Shown piece after piece: positions 10,201 to 23,600 of a stretch of DNA of 36,695 nt. Within the stretch, counting starts at the first letter, position 1; every line of letters begins with the position of its first letter. Origin of the DNA: Intoshia linei (lineage: Eukaryota; Animalia; Orthonectida). The DNA is taken from assembly GCA_001642005.1 (NCBI GenBank), contig LWCA01000250.1:1-36695 (forward strand), read 5' to 3'. The notes under the pieces were generated by a model. That model searched no databases. It was not told the DNA's origin and saw only the letters and a list, made by a program, of their open reading frames with translations. A program made the translations under genes and the position numbers.

Positions 10201-13200
10201 AATTCTAGGTGTGATGAAACAATTTACATTTTAAAAATTCCATTATTTACATTGTCACATTTTAGCATTGATTTATCTTTTGATGAATTAAATCAAGACG
10301 AGGTAAATTATTAAAATCATTAATCTATCTATTAAACATATTATTTTTTCAGTTGAGTGCCATTGTAAGCCAATCCTGTACGTGGGTATAATTTTTTGGA
10401 AAATTTTATTTTATTTCATAAGAAAACAGGGGACCAATGCAGAACCGAATCTTTTATACTGAGATTTTACATTTTACGATATTTTACATCATTTTTATAA
10501 AATGCGGGCTAATTTTTTTAAATTGAGCATTTAAATTTAAAAAGAAATGTAAAAAATTTATTTGAAAAGTGAAAAATTGTTGGTAAAATTAAAAAATTTG
10601 CTAATTACTAAATGTTAATATATTTTTAGAAAGTAATATTAAACGAAATTATGAAAATGAAATTATTTCAAATGGAATTAATTTTATGTCATTTACAAAA
10701 CATTAATGAAAATAGCTCAGAAAATGTTGAAGGGTTGCGAAGTTTTGATTATAATTATGAAAATGAATATTTTTATCAAAAAATCGACGGTATATATTTT
10801 GATGTAACCGAAAAAATGGTGGATAGAAAAAATGAAAATAAAAATGATGACATTAATAAAGATGGTGAAAGCAATGATAAAAACAAAAATGATGAAAAAG
10901 ATGAAAAAAACGAATCGACAGTATGTTACAATTTAAAGTTACATTCAATGAAGACATATGCATTATTTGACGCAATAGAAAAAAAAGTCAAAACAAAAGA
11001 AAACTTGTCAGAAAATTTAGTAGTTTACGTTATATTTACTGCAGAAATAAGTAAAATTGATAATGTTGATAAATTAAAAATATATGAATCGAATGAAAAA
11101 TTAAATTATCTTTTCAATAAAGATGAATGTATGGCACGTGTATACCTGGGTAGTTTTATAATTCATCCATTCAATATTGAAGAAGGTAAAGATAACGATT
11201 TGGATGATTGTCTCCACATCATTCGACCCAAAATAAGTATCGGATTTTGTAATGATAATTTCGATGATTTTGTCAAAATTAATGTACAACACAGCATTTA
11301 CAGAGAACTAATTTCTCATATAATTTCGTGTAAGTCTTATTATACTTTTATGTAGTTCCTGTTTTATTGTTTCAATTTCTTTTTAGCATTTAAGATTGAG
11401 AAATCTTTTTATATTTCTGATACACCTGGTACAGATAAACCTACAACAGCAATTGAATCCGATAGTTCCATGTAATTCTTTTTTATTGTAATTATCAAAA
11501 AATTAATATTTGCATTACTCATTCTTAACTGATAAAGTTTAGTCTAAACTGGGAGTCGACAACCTTTTACATATCGTGGGTCATTAATGACTCATTATTA
11601 TATATCAATAAATTTACGGATTTCGTCTTTAAAAATTTACACATGATACATTTCAATTTTAATCAAACAGAAACGGTTTTAGCATATTAAACACAATAAC
11701 ATTCCGGGCGATCTAAAAATTCAGTATTAAAATGATTAAATATGGAACCAATTATAGTAGAAAATTATTAAAACGGTGTTTAAAAATATAAAAGTAAATA
11801 ATGTACATATTTAAGCAAGGGTTACCAAAATTATTATGTGGGTTACTGGTTGGCGACACCTGTTTTAAAATAATGTTTGATTGTCTATAAGAACAACTCA
11901 AAAATGGTTCTTATTAGCAGTTTATTGCATAGTACATTATATTATTTTCTAATAAACTAATTAATTAGAGATGAAGGTGAAGAGATTGAAAATAATGTAA
12001 ACCTAAAATTAAATAAAATTGAAATTTTGCCTGAAGGAGCTATATTAATTGCAGTAATATTTATAAAGTAGACATTTTATGTATTTATCTATGTTAAATA
12101 AAATTAGCTGTATAAGAATAATCTTATTTTTAAATTCTGGGACCATTAATTCTTTGAAATTTTTTGTTTTACAAAATGATTCATGAATGTCGGATGAAAC
12201 AATATTATCAACATCATAAATCTTAAAATTATAATAACAAAGTTATACTTAAGTTGATTTTAAAACTAAATTTGAAAGTGTTTGAAAATGATAAATTGCG
12301 TAGCAATGATAAAAAAACAGAAGGAATCAATTAATGAAATTGAAACTCATATTTCTGTATTTCAAATGTGTATACAATGAATTCCCACTTTTTTTTAAAA
12401 ATGTAGGATGAATATTTAATTTTAATTTTTAATTTAAAAAATGAAAAATTGGTTGATAATATATTAAAAATTTTTCTGTAGATCGACTGGAATAAACTGT
12501 ATCAGAATAATCTTTTATTTAAATTCTAGGACCATTAATTATTTCAAATGTTTTGTTTTTGTTAATGAATTTATTCCCAAAAATTTTTTTTTGAAATTTA
12601 AGTTCATGATAACGTTCATGCTTTTAAAGCTGTATATAAAATAAAGTGGCCAGAAAAAATACGTACTATCAATTTTAGTTTATTTGGTGTTGAATGTAAA
12701 GCCAAAACTACTTATCTATGATGAACGAAAATTTTTGGCTTAAAATTTATTCCAAATAAACTAAAAGTGATAGTACGTATTTTTCTGGCCACTTTATATA
12801 AAGTGTACATTTGTTTAAATTCTAGGAATAGTTTAGTTTTTAAAATAAGGATAATTGAGGTTTTTGACTTTAACCGACCAAATTTCTGAAAATGAAATTT
12901 GCGATAAAACCTCACCCTTAAAAAACTGTATTAGAAATTTGTATTTGTAAAACTCTACGCCTCCTATTTTCTGATATAAACGGTAACAGATAAGCAGACA
13001 TTCATTTTTAGTTAACATTTTTTGTAAATTATTTTATACCAGTTGATATGAAAATCGAGTTGATAGGATATAACATTAATTCATTATTGTGTCTTATTTT
13101 ACGCATGATCCATGCATCTATGACAGTGGAAGGGCCCTGGAGAGATAGATAGGGTTATATGGCCCGGTCTACAATCACGATGGGCCTAATATAGTAATTT

Positions 13201-16200
13201 AGTAATACTAATGTTGGAAAATTTGTTAAGTATGTCAAAATTATGACGACCAATGCGATTTAAAACTGTTATCCTCAGTTTTTAGGCAATAAACGATTGA
13301 TTAAACAATGTAATTTAATGTAAAGAGACGTCCCAATTCAAAAAAAATTGTATGGGTCTAAAATTTCCTTTTGGATCGGTCTACTGCTGGCTCTCCACGG
13401 CCCTGGCCAGTGGTACAGATTCAAATAATGTACGGACCCCACTTCAAAATATTTATTTTTTTTTTGACACCAAAGGAAAAATGAAATATAAAACATTTAT
13501 GAAAAAATTAAAGGTTTTTTCTCAAAAGATTAGCTAAAATTGTGTTTTTCAAAAAAATATTGGAAAAAAGAGGATATTTCCTTAAGGGTTTGCAAAATTG
13601 TAATTTTTATTTTGTGGTTTGATTAAGTCGATTTTTCTCATAAGATTTGGTAAAATCGTGTTTTTCAAAAAAATATTAAAAAAATGATTATTCCCTTAAG
13701 GGTTGGGAAAATTGCATTTTTTATTTTGTGGTTTTATTAAGTGGATTTTTCGAAACAATATCGGTAAAATTTGATTATTCCCTGATGTTTGAAATGGTAT
13801 TTTTTATTAAATTTTATTAACGGTGGAATGAAAGTGCGATTTTTTAAATAATAATGTAGATGTGGTCTTCGCTTTGAGATAAATTGCCAAAATCTGGCAA
13901 CTTTAGCATTTTTTTATATTGTATTTGAATCTCACAGACCCAGGTATATAGTTATCGACCCAAGGGTACAGGGATCTCCAATCGTGCACCACTGATGTAT
14001 GCTTAAAATCCATTTCCTTTAACTTGTAAAGTTGACTGAATTATCATTCTTCGATATTAAGCGGATCGATAAATATTAAAATTATAAGACATAATTATGT
14101 AATATATTTTTAACTATAAAAATAAAATATCACTTTAAACGTATTTAAACCCACTTTGAGCTATCCAAAATCATTGCATATCACCTATGAAAACTCCTGG
14201 TTGAAACGTAATTATATTTATAAGAGTATAATTAAATTTTTAGATTAAAATAACCCAGATTAAAAATCATGTCATAAAAGATGAAAAGATTGTACTTTGC
14301 GATTTGTCATCAAATGCTCGATATCCAAGTATAATCTCTGATAAAATTAGATTAAAAGAAAAATCTGACAAAGATTGTTCTATTCGAGTATTTGTCTATG
14401 CATTGAGCTATCCAAAATTAACGTTAGAGTTACTGGGAGAATGTGAATTAGTTTTATTCAAAAACGTAATTTTTTAAAATATCTATGTAAAGATTTTCCA
14501 GTAACTTTTAAGCAATTATGATTAATTTGTTATTTCTAAACCTTTAATAAGATTTATTTAAATTAAATTTTAAATTTTAAATTTTAAATTTTATTAATTA
14601 TCAATTTAATATTTTAGTTCAGACTAGCTTGTCTGCTCTGCCAAGACAGAGGTTTCCAGATATATTTTTTTGTTTTTATTTTAATTCAAGTAATTTAATT
14701 TGTTATATGTTTTTGACAGTTAAAGAGTTGGTTCCATGTATTTTAAGGTGGTTTGTGACATTTGAAAGTAAATTGTGACATATAAAAGTGTAATTATAGA
14801 ATTGTGCGATTCGTAGTTTTTGCTCAAACGTGTAACATACAGACAATTTTAAATTCCACATTCCATTATAATAATAGTAATTCGCAGTGTTAGAGTTATA
14901 ATGTTCTATATGCATTTTTGTCAAAAATGAGGTTTTTGATGAAAAATGTTTTAAATCATATCTTTTACATTTTTACCAAAAAAATTAAGCTTGAAAACGT
15001 ATTTTATGATATAACGAACATTTACTGGTTCAATTACTAAATCTTGACTTGATAATTACTTAAAAAATTATCAAATTCCTATTAAAAATAACTTTACAGA
15101 TTCTAAAAAGAAAGATATTAAAAGTATATTAATCAAAATGGACAATGAGTAAAAAATTTTATAATTTAAACATATAAATTGATAAAAATTAATTTTGATG
15201 ATAAAAATGTTAAATGTTAACAGTTTCTATAGAATAATGTTTTAATTGCAATTTTTTCAAATCAAATAGACAGATTGTTCTATTAATGAAATTTAAGTTC
15301 TGAAAAACCCTTATTTTTTTATTTTTATCGTACGAAACTTTTCAATATACTTTAACAAATATTAAAAAACTAAATTGTATAATTAAATTTCAACATAAAA
15401 ATTATATTTTAGGCAATATAGTACTTTTAAACTTTAAAATCGATTTATGGAAAACTATATTTATGCAGATAGAACATTATAACTCTAACACTGCGAATTA
15501 TTAATTATACATATAAAGATATTCAATAATATTTTTATATCAACAGAATAGTCTGCTGAATGATGGTCGTTATTATGTCCCAATTTATCAAAATCTACAA
15601 AGCGGTAAATCTAGCAATAAACAAGATAAAAATGATCAAATCAAATATCCTACCACATATCTATATTACTCTGTATACAAAGAAGGTTTTATAGCAAAAT
15701 GATTATAACACTAGTCAACAAAAATCGACTTTCAAAAATCTTTCTATTTTGTATCATTATACATATATGTAGTTTTTTCTTGGCGTCATTATGTATATTA
15801 TTTTTTTATTGGTGTACGTCAGGTACCCGAAATACAGGGTAGCAAAAATAAGGTAATATAATGAATAAATGGATATATTAGCTTTGTTTTTTTAGTGTTT
15901 ATTTAGCTATGACTGTCATATTGTTAAATATATAATTTAAATCTTATCTAAAAAAATAAAAAAAATTTGAAAACAGTTATCTGCAGTACGCACCTGAAAT
16001 AAAATAAATTTGTTGAAATCAAAATCTTTATTCACGAATCTTATCTTGTATAAAAGAAAATTTAAAAGTACTGATACAGTTTATTTCACCGAAATGGTCT
16101 ATGTCTACATCAAGCGTAATTAATGAATTAAAAACGAAATACAAAATAAAAATATTAACAATGTAAGTTTATTTTATTATTATTAACAAAAAATATTTTT

Positions 16201-19200
16201 GATTCATGATTTTACACCGCCATGTTTTTTAAATTTGTTTTGTGAAATCGTTGTTCATATATTCCCAATGTTTTGTCAAACCGTTATCCCTTCTCGTCCG
16301 AGAAAGCTCCGCAATTTCGTATAAATAAATTAGCATGAGAATCATCATCAAATCATATTTATATAAACACTTTGATTCATTTTCATCACTCATTTTATAA
16401 TCAGTGTCTTCCACTTCAGGTGCATATTCAAATATAAAAATATTTCCATAAATTTTCACCGTTATAAGTGAAATTTGAGATGAAAGCGTACCAGGATAAT
16501 TGCCCAGTTTAAATTTTTTTTATTCAATAACTTCGCTTGACAAAAATAGCATTCTTCTGGATGATACTTTGGTGTAGTCAAATGCGTGGTATTTCAAACA
16601 TAGGTTTTTCTTTTCTCAATGTCGTACAGCCACATAAATTTAGGCGTCAAATGTGATCTGTTACTTCAATTGAAAAATCACATTTGTAGGAGAAATATAA
16701 AAATAAAGATTAATCTTTTTTAGATAAAAATGATATAAAATTGTTTAATATTAATTTTAGATTAGTTATCTTATGCTAATTTTAATCAAATATATTTTAA
16801 AGTGTAGATAAAAGGCGATTTTAGCGAAAAAGTGTCTTATTTTATAATTACATATTATGTATATCGAATAATCTTGAAATAATGATTTTTGAATTTTAAA
16901 ATTAAGTACTATGACAAATATTATTATTTTTTAAAATAAAAAAGAATCAACTTAAAATTTTGTCTTATTCTGACGTAAGCCACAAACATGTTTAATATCA
17001 TTAGAATCGCAAAGAAAAACTACACCAAACTAAATACATATTAAGAAGAAAGATTTTTGAGTGTTGACTAGTGTAATTACATATTCGTGTTATTTATCAC
17101 ATTAGAATATCCATTAGAATCAGAATTAACTGAAGATTACAGTGCTTTATTTGACCAACAAAAAAATGCAAATGAATTGGAAAAAAAATATTTAAAAGAA
17201 ATATACGACCCCAATAAAAAAAAATTCAACTTTCATGTTCAAGAAATGGTACAATATGCGTACGCTCTAAAAAACAAAAAAGACATATTAGAGAAAGGTT
17301 TAGTTGGAAAATCAATAATATTATATTTTATATAACAGAATGCAAATCCTTCTATAAACAATTATTTGAGAAGTCATTGCTACATAAAGACCTACCTTTA
17401 ATGGAAATATCAAAAATTATATCATACAAACAAAAATATGGAATATTTACAAGAGTTGTTGATGCCTTTAACTTGCCAGGTAAATTTTTATTTATATTTT
17501 TCAGTTTATCCTACCAATATTAACTGAATTATAATAAAAAATATTAATTAAGATCAACACTTTCCAAGTTGTTATTGTCACATAAATAAAACAGAAAATA
17601 GAAATAACTTGAATCATTTTGTCTCTCAAAATCTTATATTTGAATCCTTTAAACGGTGGCCAAAATGGAACGATATGGACTCGGTAATCTTAATTCAATA
17701 TTTTTTTAACCGAATTTCCACAAACCTTCGTGGATAGGTTTTAACCTAGGATGCCGGCACCCAGGGGATGTCAAACCTTTTTTGGGAGTACCAGAAAATT
17801 TTCGAATAAAAATCATTTTACAGCTATATTTTTTAAATTTGAACCAAGTTTTAAAAATAAAGTTACATTAATGTCAAATTCTGTTTATTAATTTAACATT
17901 TTTATATATTAAATATTTTAATATGTAAATATTAAAATGTGACAAAAAAATAGAGTGATGATCATATTCGTCATATATTCACTAAAATAAATGATATTGA
18001 TAAATCGGACAAATTTTTTTTTTACTAATTTGAGTAAATTGTTGTAAGTAATTTTTAATCAAAATTGAACAATATCAAGCTCTGTGACCAATCAGGTCAC
18101 GAACCACGGATTAATTTTAAAAACGTTTACATTGAATGTAGGTTTTACATATTAATAAAGCAGTAAGTGACGCTGTACTGTTGATTCAATTTTTCAATGT
18201 AAAACATGTATATAAACCTACAGCAGAGCATAAATCACCTGGAATTCTAGTCCCTGACAAATTACAAATACGAAAATCAAATTTTTCTTGTTGGAGTGCT
18301 GTGAGCTTGATTGACAGGTTTTATTGGTAAATCCAGTCTTATTTAATAAATTTAGTAATTTTGTAAATGATGGTATATATATACTTCCATTGTTTGCTGG
18401 ACAACCGTCTAAAGAAATTTTATCCAAAATTAATTCTAACAATATTGAATCATTGCTTAAATCAGAATATGATGATGGGAATAAAGTAAATTTAAATATA
18501 TATTATACATGTAGCTTGTTATTGTAATAATAATTTTAATCAGAATTGTTATTACATTTATTTTATAATATGTTCACTTCAATACTGATCAGGGATCATA
18601 TGAATATTTTGGCTTTTTATTAATTTTTATTTATTTTAAGATTAAAATTTTTAGTTAAAATCGACAGTAACAATATCAATCAGAAATGCTTTTTTCGAAA
18701 CATTTGATGAAATTAATGTAGATTTTAAGGTAAATATAAATACTTATTTTTGAATATATGATGGGTAATTAAAAAATATTCAAAATATTTAACAAATATT
18801 GTATATAATAATATTGTATTACTTTTAGTAATTCGTTGTTATATGATTATCGAAATATTTGAAAAATATTGGTTGATAATATATTAAAAATTATTTTTCA
18901 CCCGGGGAATGCGTAGATTTCCGGGGTTGAAATTTTGTCTTTATATCAACTGGAATAAGCTCCATTAGAATAATCTTCTTTTTTTAATTTCGAACCGTTA
19001 ATTATTTCACATTTTTTGTTTTAATAAAATATTTTATAAAAAAAATATATGAATACTAAAATGCTTTTTTGATCGTGAAGTCGTCACTTATTCAGATTTA
19101 AATTTTTAAATTCTAGGGCTGTTTTCATTAAAAAAAGAAGGCTAATTTTGTGAAGATGTGTATACAACCAATTCCCACTTTTTAAGAAATTGTAGGATGA

Positions 19201-20436
19201 ATATATAATTTTAATTTTAAATGTTAATTCAAAAGTATGAAAAATTAGTTGATAATATATTAAAAGTTATTTTTTACCTAGAATTCGTGGATTTTTGTTC
19301 AAATTTTTTCTGTAGATCAACTGGAATAGGCGGTATCAGAATATTTTTTTTTAATAGATGGACGTTAATTATTTAAAATTTTTTGTTTTAATAAAATAGT
19401 TTCGAAATAAAAAAAAATTGATTACTAAAGTGCTTTTTTGACCGTGACGGCGTCATTTTGTCAGAATGCAATTTTTGTGTGTGCTTACTGGATATAACTG
19501 TTTCAGCTAAAATTTTTTTAATTTGTAGGACTTCATTTTTTAAAAAAAGCATAATCTGTGGTTTTAATCGTGAAAATGCACTTATTTGAGGGCGTCATAT
19601 ATGATAATTCTTATAATTTTAAAAACTATCTTGGAATTTATGTTTTATAAAATTGTGTGAAATTCAATTGTTAATAAAAAAGTAATTTGTGATTTTGACA
19701 ATGAAGTTGTAAGTTTCTGAGGTATAAATTTATGAATAATAAAGTGATTTTTTGACCACAAAGACTTCAATTTGTGAGATTAAAAAAATTTTCTGTATAT
19801 CAACTGGAAAAATCTGTATTAGCTGTGATTTTTTTAAATTTTAAGAATACATTCATAATGTCCTGTATTTGTTTTTTTCATTTTTGAAAATTACAATGTA
19901 ATGGATATTTGTACTTTTGGTCGTGAAGGTGTATATCTTTAAATTAAATTACTTTCTGCACCGAAAAAAATTGACTTGAAATTATTGTGTTAGAAATTTC
20001 AGAGACTGTCAGTTTCTTCAATAAATGATTATACACATTTTAACACATTTTTAACGAGTTTTACTTTTATTTAACGGTTACGTATGGACCATTGTAAATC
20101 CGGTTAATAATTACATTTTTTAGTCACGAAATGAAAAAATAATCAAAAGAATAATCTCCGAAGTAGATTATAAAAATATTACTACATTAAAACCGACCGG
20201 ACAGAAAATTTACGAATATGTAGTACGAAACTTAAACGACCAAACCAAACGACTAGGCCCAACCGGAAAAATTTACAACATTGAAAAAGATTACTACATT
20301 TCATTAATGAATCATATATTTCAAGAATATTTGGTAAATATATATAAATGTTTAAATATAATGTACCTTTAGAATAATAAAATATATCTTTATTTAGGAG
20401 GAATATCACCCGTACCAAAAGAAGAGAAAAAAATAA
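7261..20436 (+). CDS. Large uncharacterised multi-exon protein with a Rab-GAP/TBC-like domain and C-terminal C2-like beta domains
   Basis: More than 20 phase-compatible GT..AG exons run from ATG 7261 to TAA 20434-20436. TBC-like motifs: LSPSLRMYLWS, IDQELYNYL, WINRLYCTILTNQQVLFCWDQLFL. C2-like segments: IRVFVY..LLGECELVLF, LLNDGRYYVPIY, FVNDGIYILPLFAGQP. Exon structure around 17700-18320 is uncertain. Confidence 0.7.
11550..11862. mobile_element. Degenerate hAT (Charlie/MER5-like) MITE in an intron
   Basis: Ends TGGGAGTCGACAACC / GGTTGGCGACACCTG. Flanks gtctaaac / ttttaaaa look like an eroded 8-bp TSD. Confidence 0.55.
12642..12796. mobile_element. Foldback MITE with ~45-bp TIRs (copy 1)
   Basis: TAAAGTGGCCAGAAAAAATACGTACTATCAATTTTAGTTTATTTGG and its near-perfect inverted copy, with TA at both ends. 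A second copy lies at 30605. Confidence 0.85.
13124..13994. mobile_element. hAT MITE (CAGTGG termini) with internal ~110-bp direct repeats, interrupted at its left end
   Basis: Left end CAGTGG..TACAGAT, right end ATCGTGCACCACTG. Flanks atctatga / atgtatgc. Repeated unit aaaat(c/t)gtgtttttcaaaaaaatatt..cttaagggtt. Confidence 0.7.
13130..13405. mobile_element. hAT MITE (CAGGGCC-type termini) nested in the previous element
   Basis: TIRs AAGGGCCCTGGAGAG / CTCTCCACGGCCCTG. 8-bp TSD gacagtgg / gccagtgg. Confidence 0.8.
14624..15519 (-). mobile_element. Short non-autonomous Helitron interrupted by a MITE
   Basis: Minus strand has an A|TCTTTATATGTATAA 5' end and GTCTGTATGTTAC. The 3' hairpin CTCTG-TCTTGG-CAGAG lies shortly before CTAG|T. 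Confidence 0.7.
14878..15500. mobile_element. MITE with 38-bp TIRs
   Basis: TAATTCGCAGTGTTAGAGTTATAATGTTCTATATGCAT at 14878 has an inverted copy ending at 15500 with one mismatch. Confidence 0.85.
18850..19990 (-). repeat. Internal Helitron-family repeat array (inverted relative to the 22971 copy)
   Basis: About 18860-19150 is the near reverse complement of 23270-23620. Recurring units with caactggaata and ttttgaccgtgaag. Confidence 0.75.
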
Positions 20437-20617
20437 TTAAATAATTTTAATCTTAATTTTTATATACGAATGTATTCATTTTTTAAATTAAAAGTGTATA
20501 TTAAGTTGATATTAACTCGTCCATTTTTATTTTGTTATATAAATTACAGTATTCTTAGTTGCTTAGAATAAATAAATATATAAAATTTAGCATAATATAG
20601 CTAAAAAACTAATTATA

Positions 20618-23600
20618 ATGAAATTAGTTAGCAATGTCATTTATTTAAAATTAAAAACATTAAAATTGGAAGAATTTCCGATAGGAAACAAAAATTCCAA
20701 ATGGGTAAAATGCTTTCCATATTATAATATAAAATATTTTCAGCGTAGTGGGAAAAAGTTCATTTGCAATGACGTGACCAAATTTAGTACAGAAGAACTT
20801 GTAAATTATTTAACTGACGAAAAATCAATATGGAATGAAAAAAAAAATTGGTCAAATGATTTCAGAAATATAAGAATACAATATACTGTCAATAATACTA
20901 AATATGACATTTTACAATTAACGTATTTGAAATTAAACAATGAAGAAGTAAATTATTTTTAATTTGTATTTTAAGCTTTTGAACATTTAATTTAGATAAC
21001 AAAAATTGATAAAACTTTGACGATATTTAAAAATTTACAAACGTTGGTTTTGTCGGCAAATTATTTGGAAAATATTAATTGCAAAAATATACCAAAAACT
21101 TTAAAAGTAATTATAAAACAATAAAATTAATCATTTTTTTAAGAGTTTGGAATTATGTGCTAATCGATTGGAATTTATTGAAGAATTTATACCTAAAGAA
21201 ATTCCAAAACTACAATATTTAGGGTTAAGTTGGAATAGATTTGAAAGTATTTTGAAGTTTTTGAATCCTCCGGAATGGCAACATTTATATTTTTTGGATT
21301 TAAGTTACAATAATATAACAGATTTATACAACACAGTTAAAATTATCGGTGAAATTGATAAATTGCGAATGCTGTGCTTGATGGGAAATCCAATATCTGT
21401 AATTTATTAATCTGTAATCTATCCGTATTTTTTATCGGTACACTATGTAGTCGGTTTATTTTACTGGGATTCAAGATCAATATAAGTCTCCTACTTGAAG
21501 TTAATTTTTTTACATTGTAGAACATTTTAATGACCATGATTATACTTTCGAATCCAAAGCTTGGATTAAAATTACATGTTTTGTATTATACAGTGTACAG
21601 TAGGGCTGTTTGTTTTTTACAAAAATTGATTTTTGTTGAAAATACCCTATACCACGCTGAAGAAAGTACTTAACAACTCCTAAAAAATATATTTTTCGAA
21701 AAATTTACCGTAAAAATATTAAGCGGTTTTCCTTTGTAAGGTTTTCGCGCGCTTTTCCTCCGTTTTTTTTAATTGGCATCAAGGATTATATTTTAAACAT
21801 AAATACGATTAATGTACGACCTACTAAGACATATACCAAATTTAAAGAGAAAAATGAAACATTTAACTTCACAAGGCGTTTTTTCCATAAAAAGGGGTTT
21901 TTGGTAATATTGGTCAAATATAAAAATTCAAAAATTTATAATTACCAAAAATTTATTTTAACTGAAAATTTGAGTGTATCATTTGAAATTTAGTTATTTA
22001 CGTTTTAAATACATTTTAATGAAAAAAAGTAATATGACTCTAAAAGCCGAGCTCTAAAAAAATTTTTTTTTGAAAAGTTCTACACCACATTTTAATCAGA
22101 TCGATAGGGTCCCTCTCAGAGGAGTTTAGATTATTATTATATATTAATTTAGTTATTTTAGTAATTTCATATCCTCGTTTGAGATAGAAACGTTACACCC
22201 TATTTATTAATTTTCAATTAGTTAATATCAGAATACAGGATATATATCATTGATTACTTGAATAAATTATCATATTTGGATGAAAACGAAATTAAGTTGG
22301 ATGAAAAACATAAATGTAGAACGACAAGTAAAAGATTAGGTAAATTGAAAATAATAAAATTTCAAATATAAAAAAAGAGTATTTATTATAATATTTTCAG
22401 TTGAGTAAAGATTTTTGTTTTTTAATTTTTTAAAGGTTTGGTAAAATAATTTGCATATATGAAAAAGTTTTTCACCTCTCAACTCAAGATTTTAATATAT
22501 TTTAAATAATAGTATAATATTCTAAATTTAAATTTATTTTATAGAACTAAACACGAGTACTGTTAGAATCAACATGATGTTTTCAAATTTTGAAAATATT
22601 GATATAGAGAATAATCAAATAGTGGTAAAACTTTTAAAATATTATTAAACCAAAATTACTGTTGTGTATTTTGTACAAACTGTAGCTAGCTCTGCCGAGG
22701 GTTTTTTCATTTAAGATCGTTTTTTTAATTGATTACACTACTATACCAGATTTTTTGATCTAACCTAAGAGATATATGTAGGTACAAGTTTACTACGTTG
22801 ATTAGTGTAGTATAATTTGTTTTTTTTAGTCACATCAATTTTTCGGGTTACATTTTTATTAATTTCGGTTATGCCAATTTTGATACGGCTATATTTTATT
22901 GACTAAGGTATCAAAAATTTTATAAAACAACATTTGAAAGGTTAAAATCAATGGCTTATAGTTTTCTATATCCTTACCTATATAATATGCTATGCAATAT
23001 TTGTTTGTGTGCGTGTCTTACCGTTTATTTCAATAACTACCTATCTTAAAATTTTATACAATCCACATTTCGAATACAGTTTTTTCCGGGAGTGTTAGTA
23101 AAATAAATTTCAACCTCCCAAACTCACATTTTACGGGTCAAAAACCCCAGTTGTCCCTTTTTTTGAAAATCAAACAAGTTGGAGAATTTAAAAAATTATA
23201 TACTCTGATACAGATTTTAAAATCATAAATATTATCATAAATTTATATTTTAAAAAAATATATTTTCAGGGTCAAAACCACAAATTACCCCTTTTTTTTA
23301 ATGAAAACAGCCCTAGAATTTAAAAAAATTTAGAGGTGTTACAGTTGTATCCTGTTTTTCAGAATTGTACACACAAAAATTTTCAATCAAAATAAATGAC
23401 GCCTTCACGGTCAAAAAAGCATTTTAGTATTCATATATTTTTTTCCGAAATATTTTTATTACAAAAAATGTGAAATAATTAACGGTTCGAAATTAAAAAA
23501 TGAAGGTTATTCTGATAGCGCTTATGCCAGTTGATATAAATACAAAAGTTCAACCTGAGAAATCTACGCATTCGCGGTGAAAAATAATTTTGAATATATT

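Noticed and set aside
13122-13134. GACAGTGGAAGGG, matching the piggyBac MITE TIR
   Set aside because: No TTAA follows. The match is explained by the junction of a hAT TSD and TIR.
15100-15123. Possible 24-nt exon (ttacag..gtatat) of the TBC-like gene
   Set aside because: It lies inside the 14878-15500 MITE and is not needed for the frame.
20195-20270. GC-richer patch with a weak tRNA/SINE look on the minus strand
   Set aside because: No convincing B-box or stems.
21600-22202. Probable DNA-transposon remnant in an LRRC43 intron (TAGGG..CCCTA)
   Set aside because: The inverted match does not extend and no TSD is visible, so the boundaries are unsupported.
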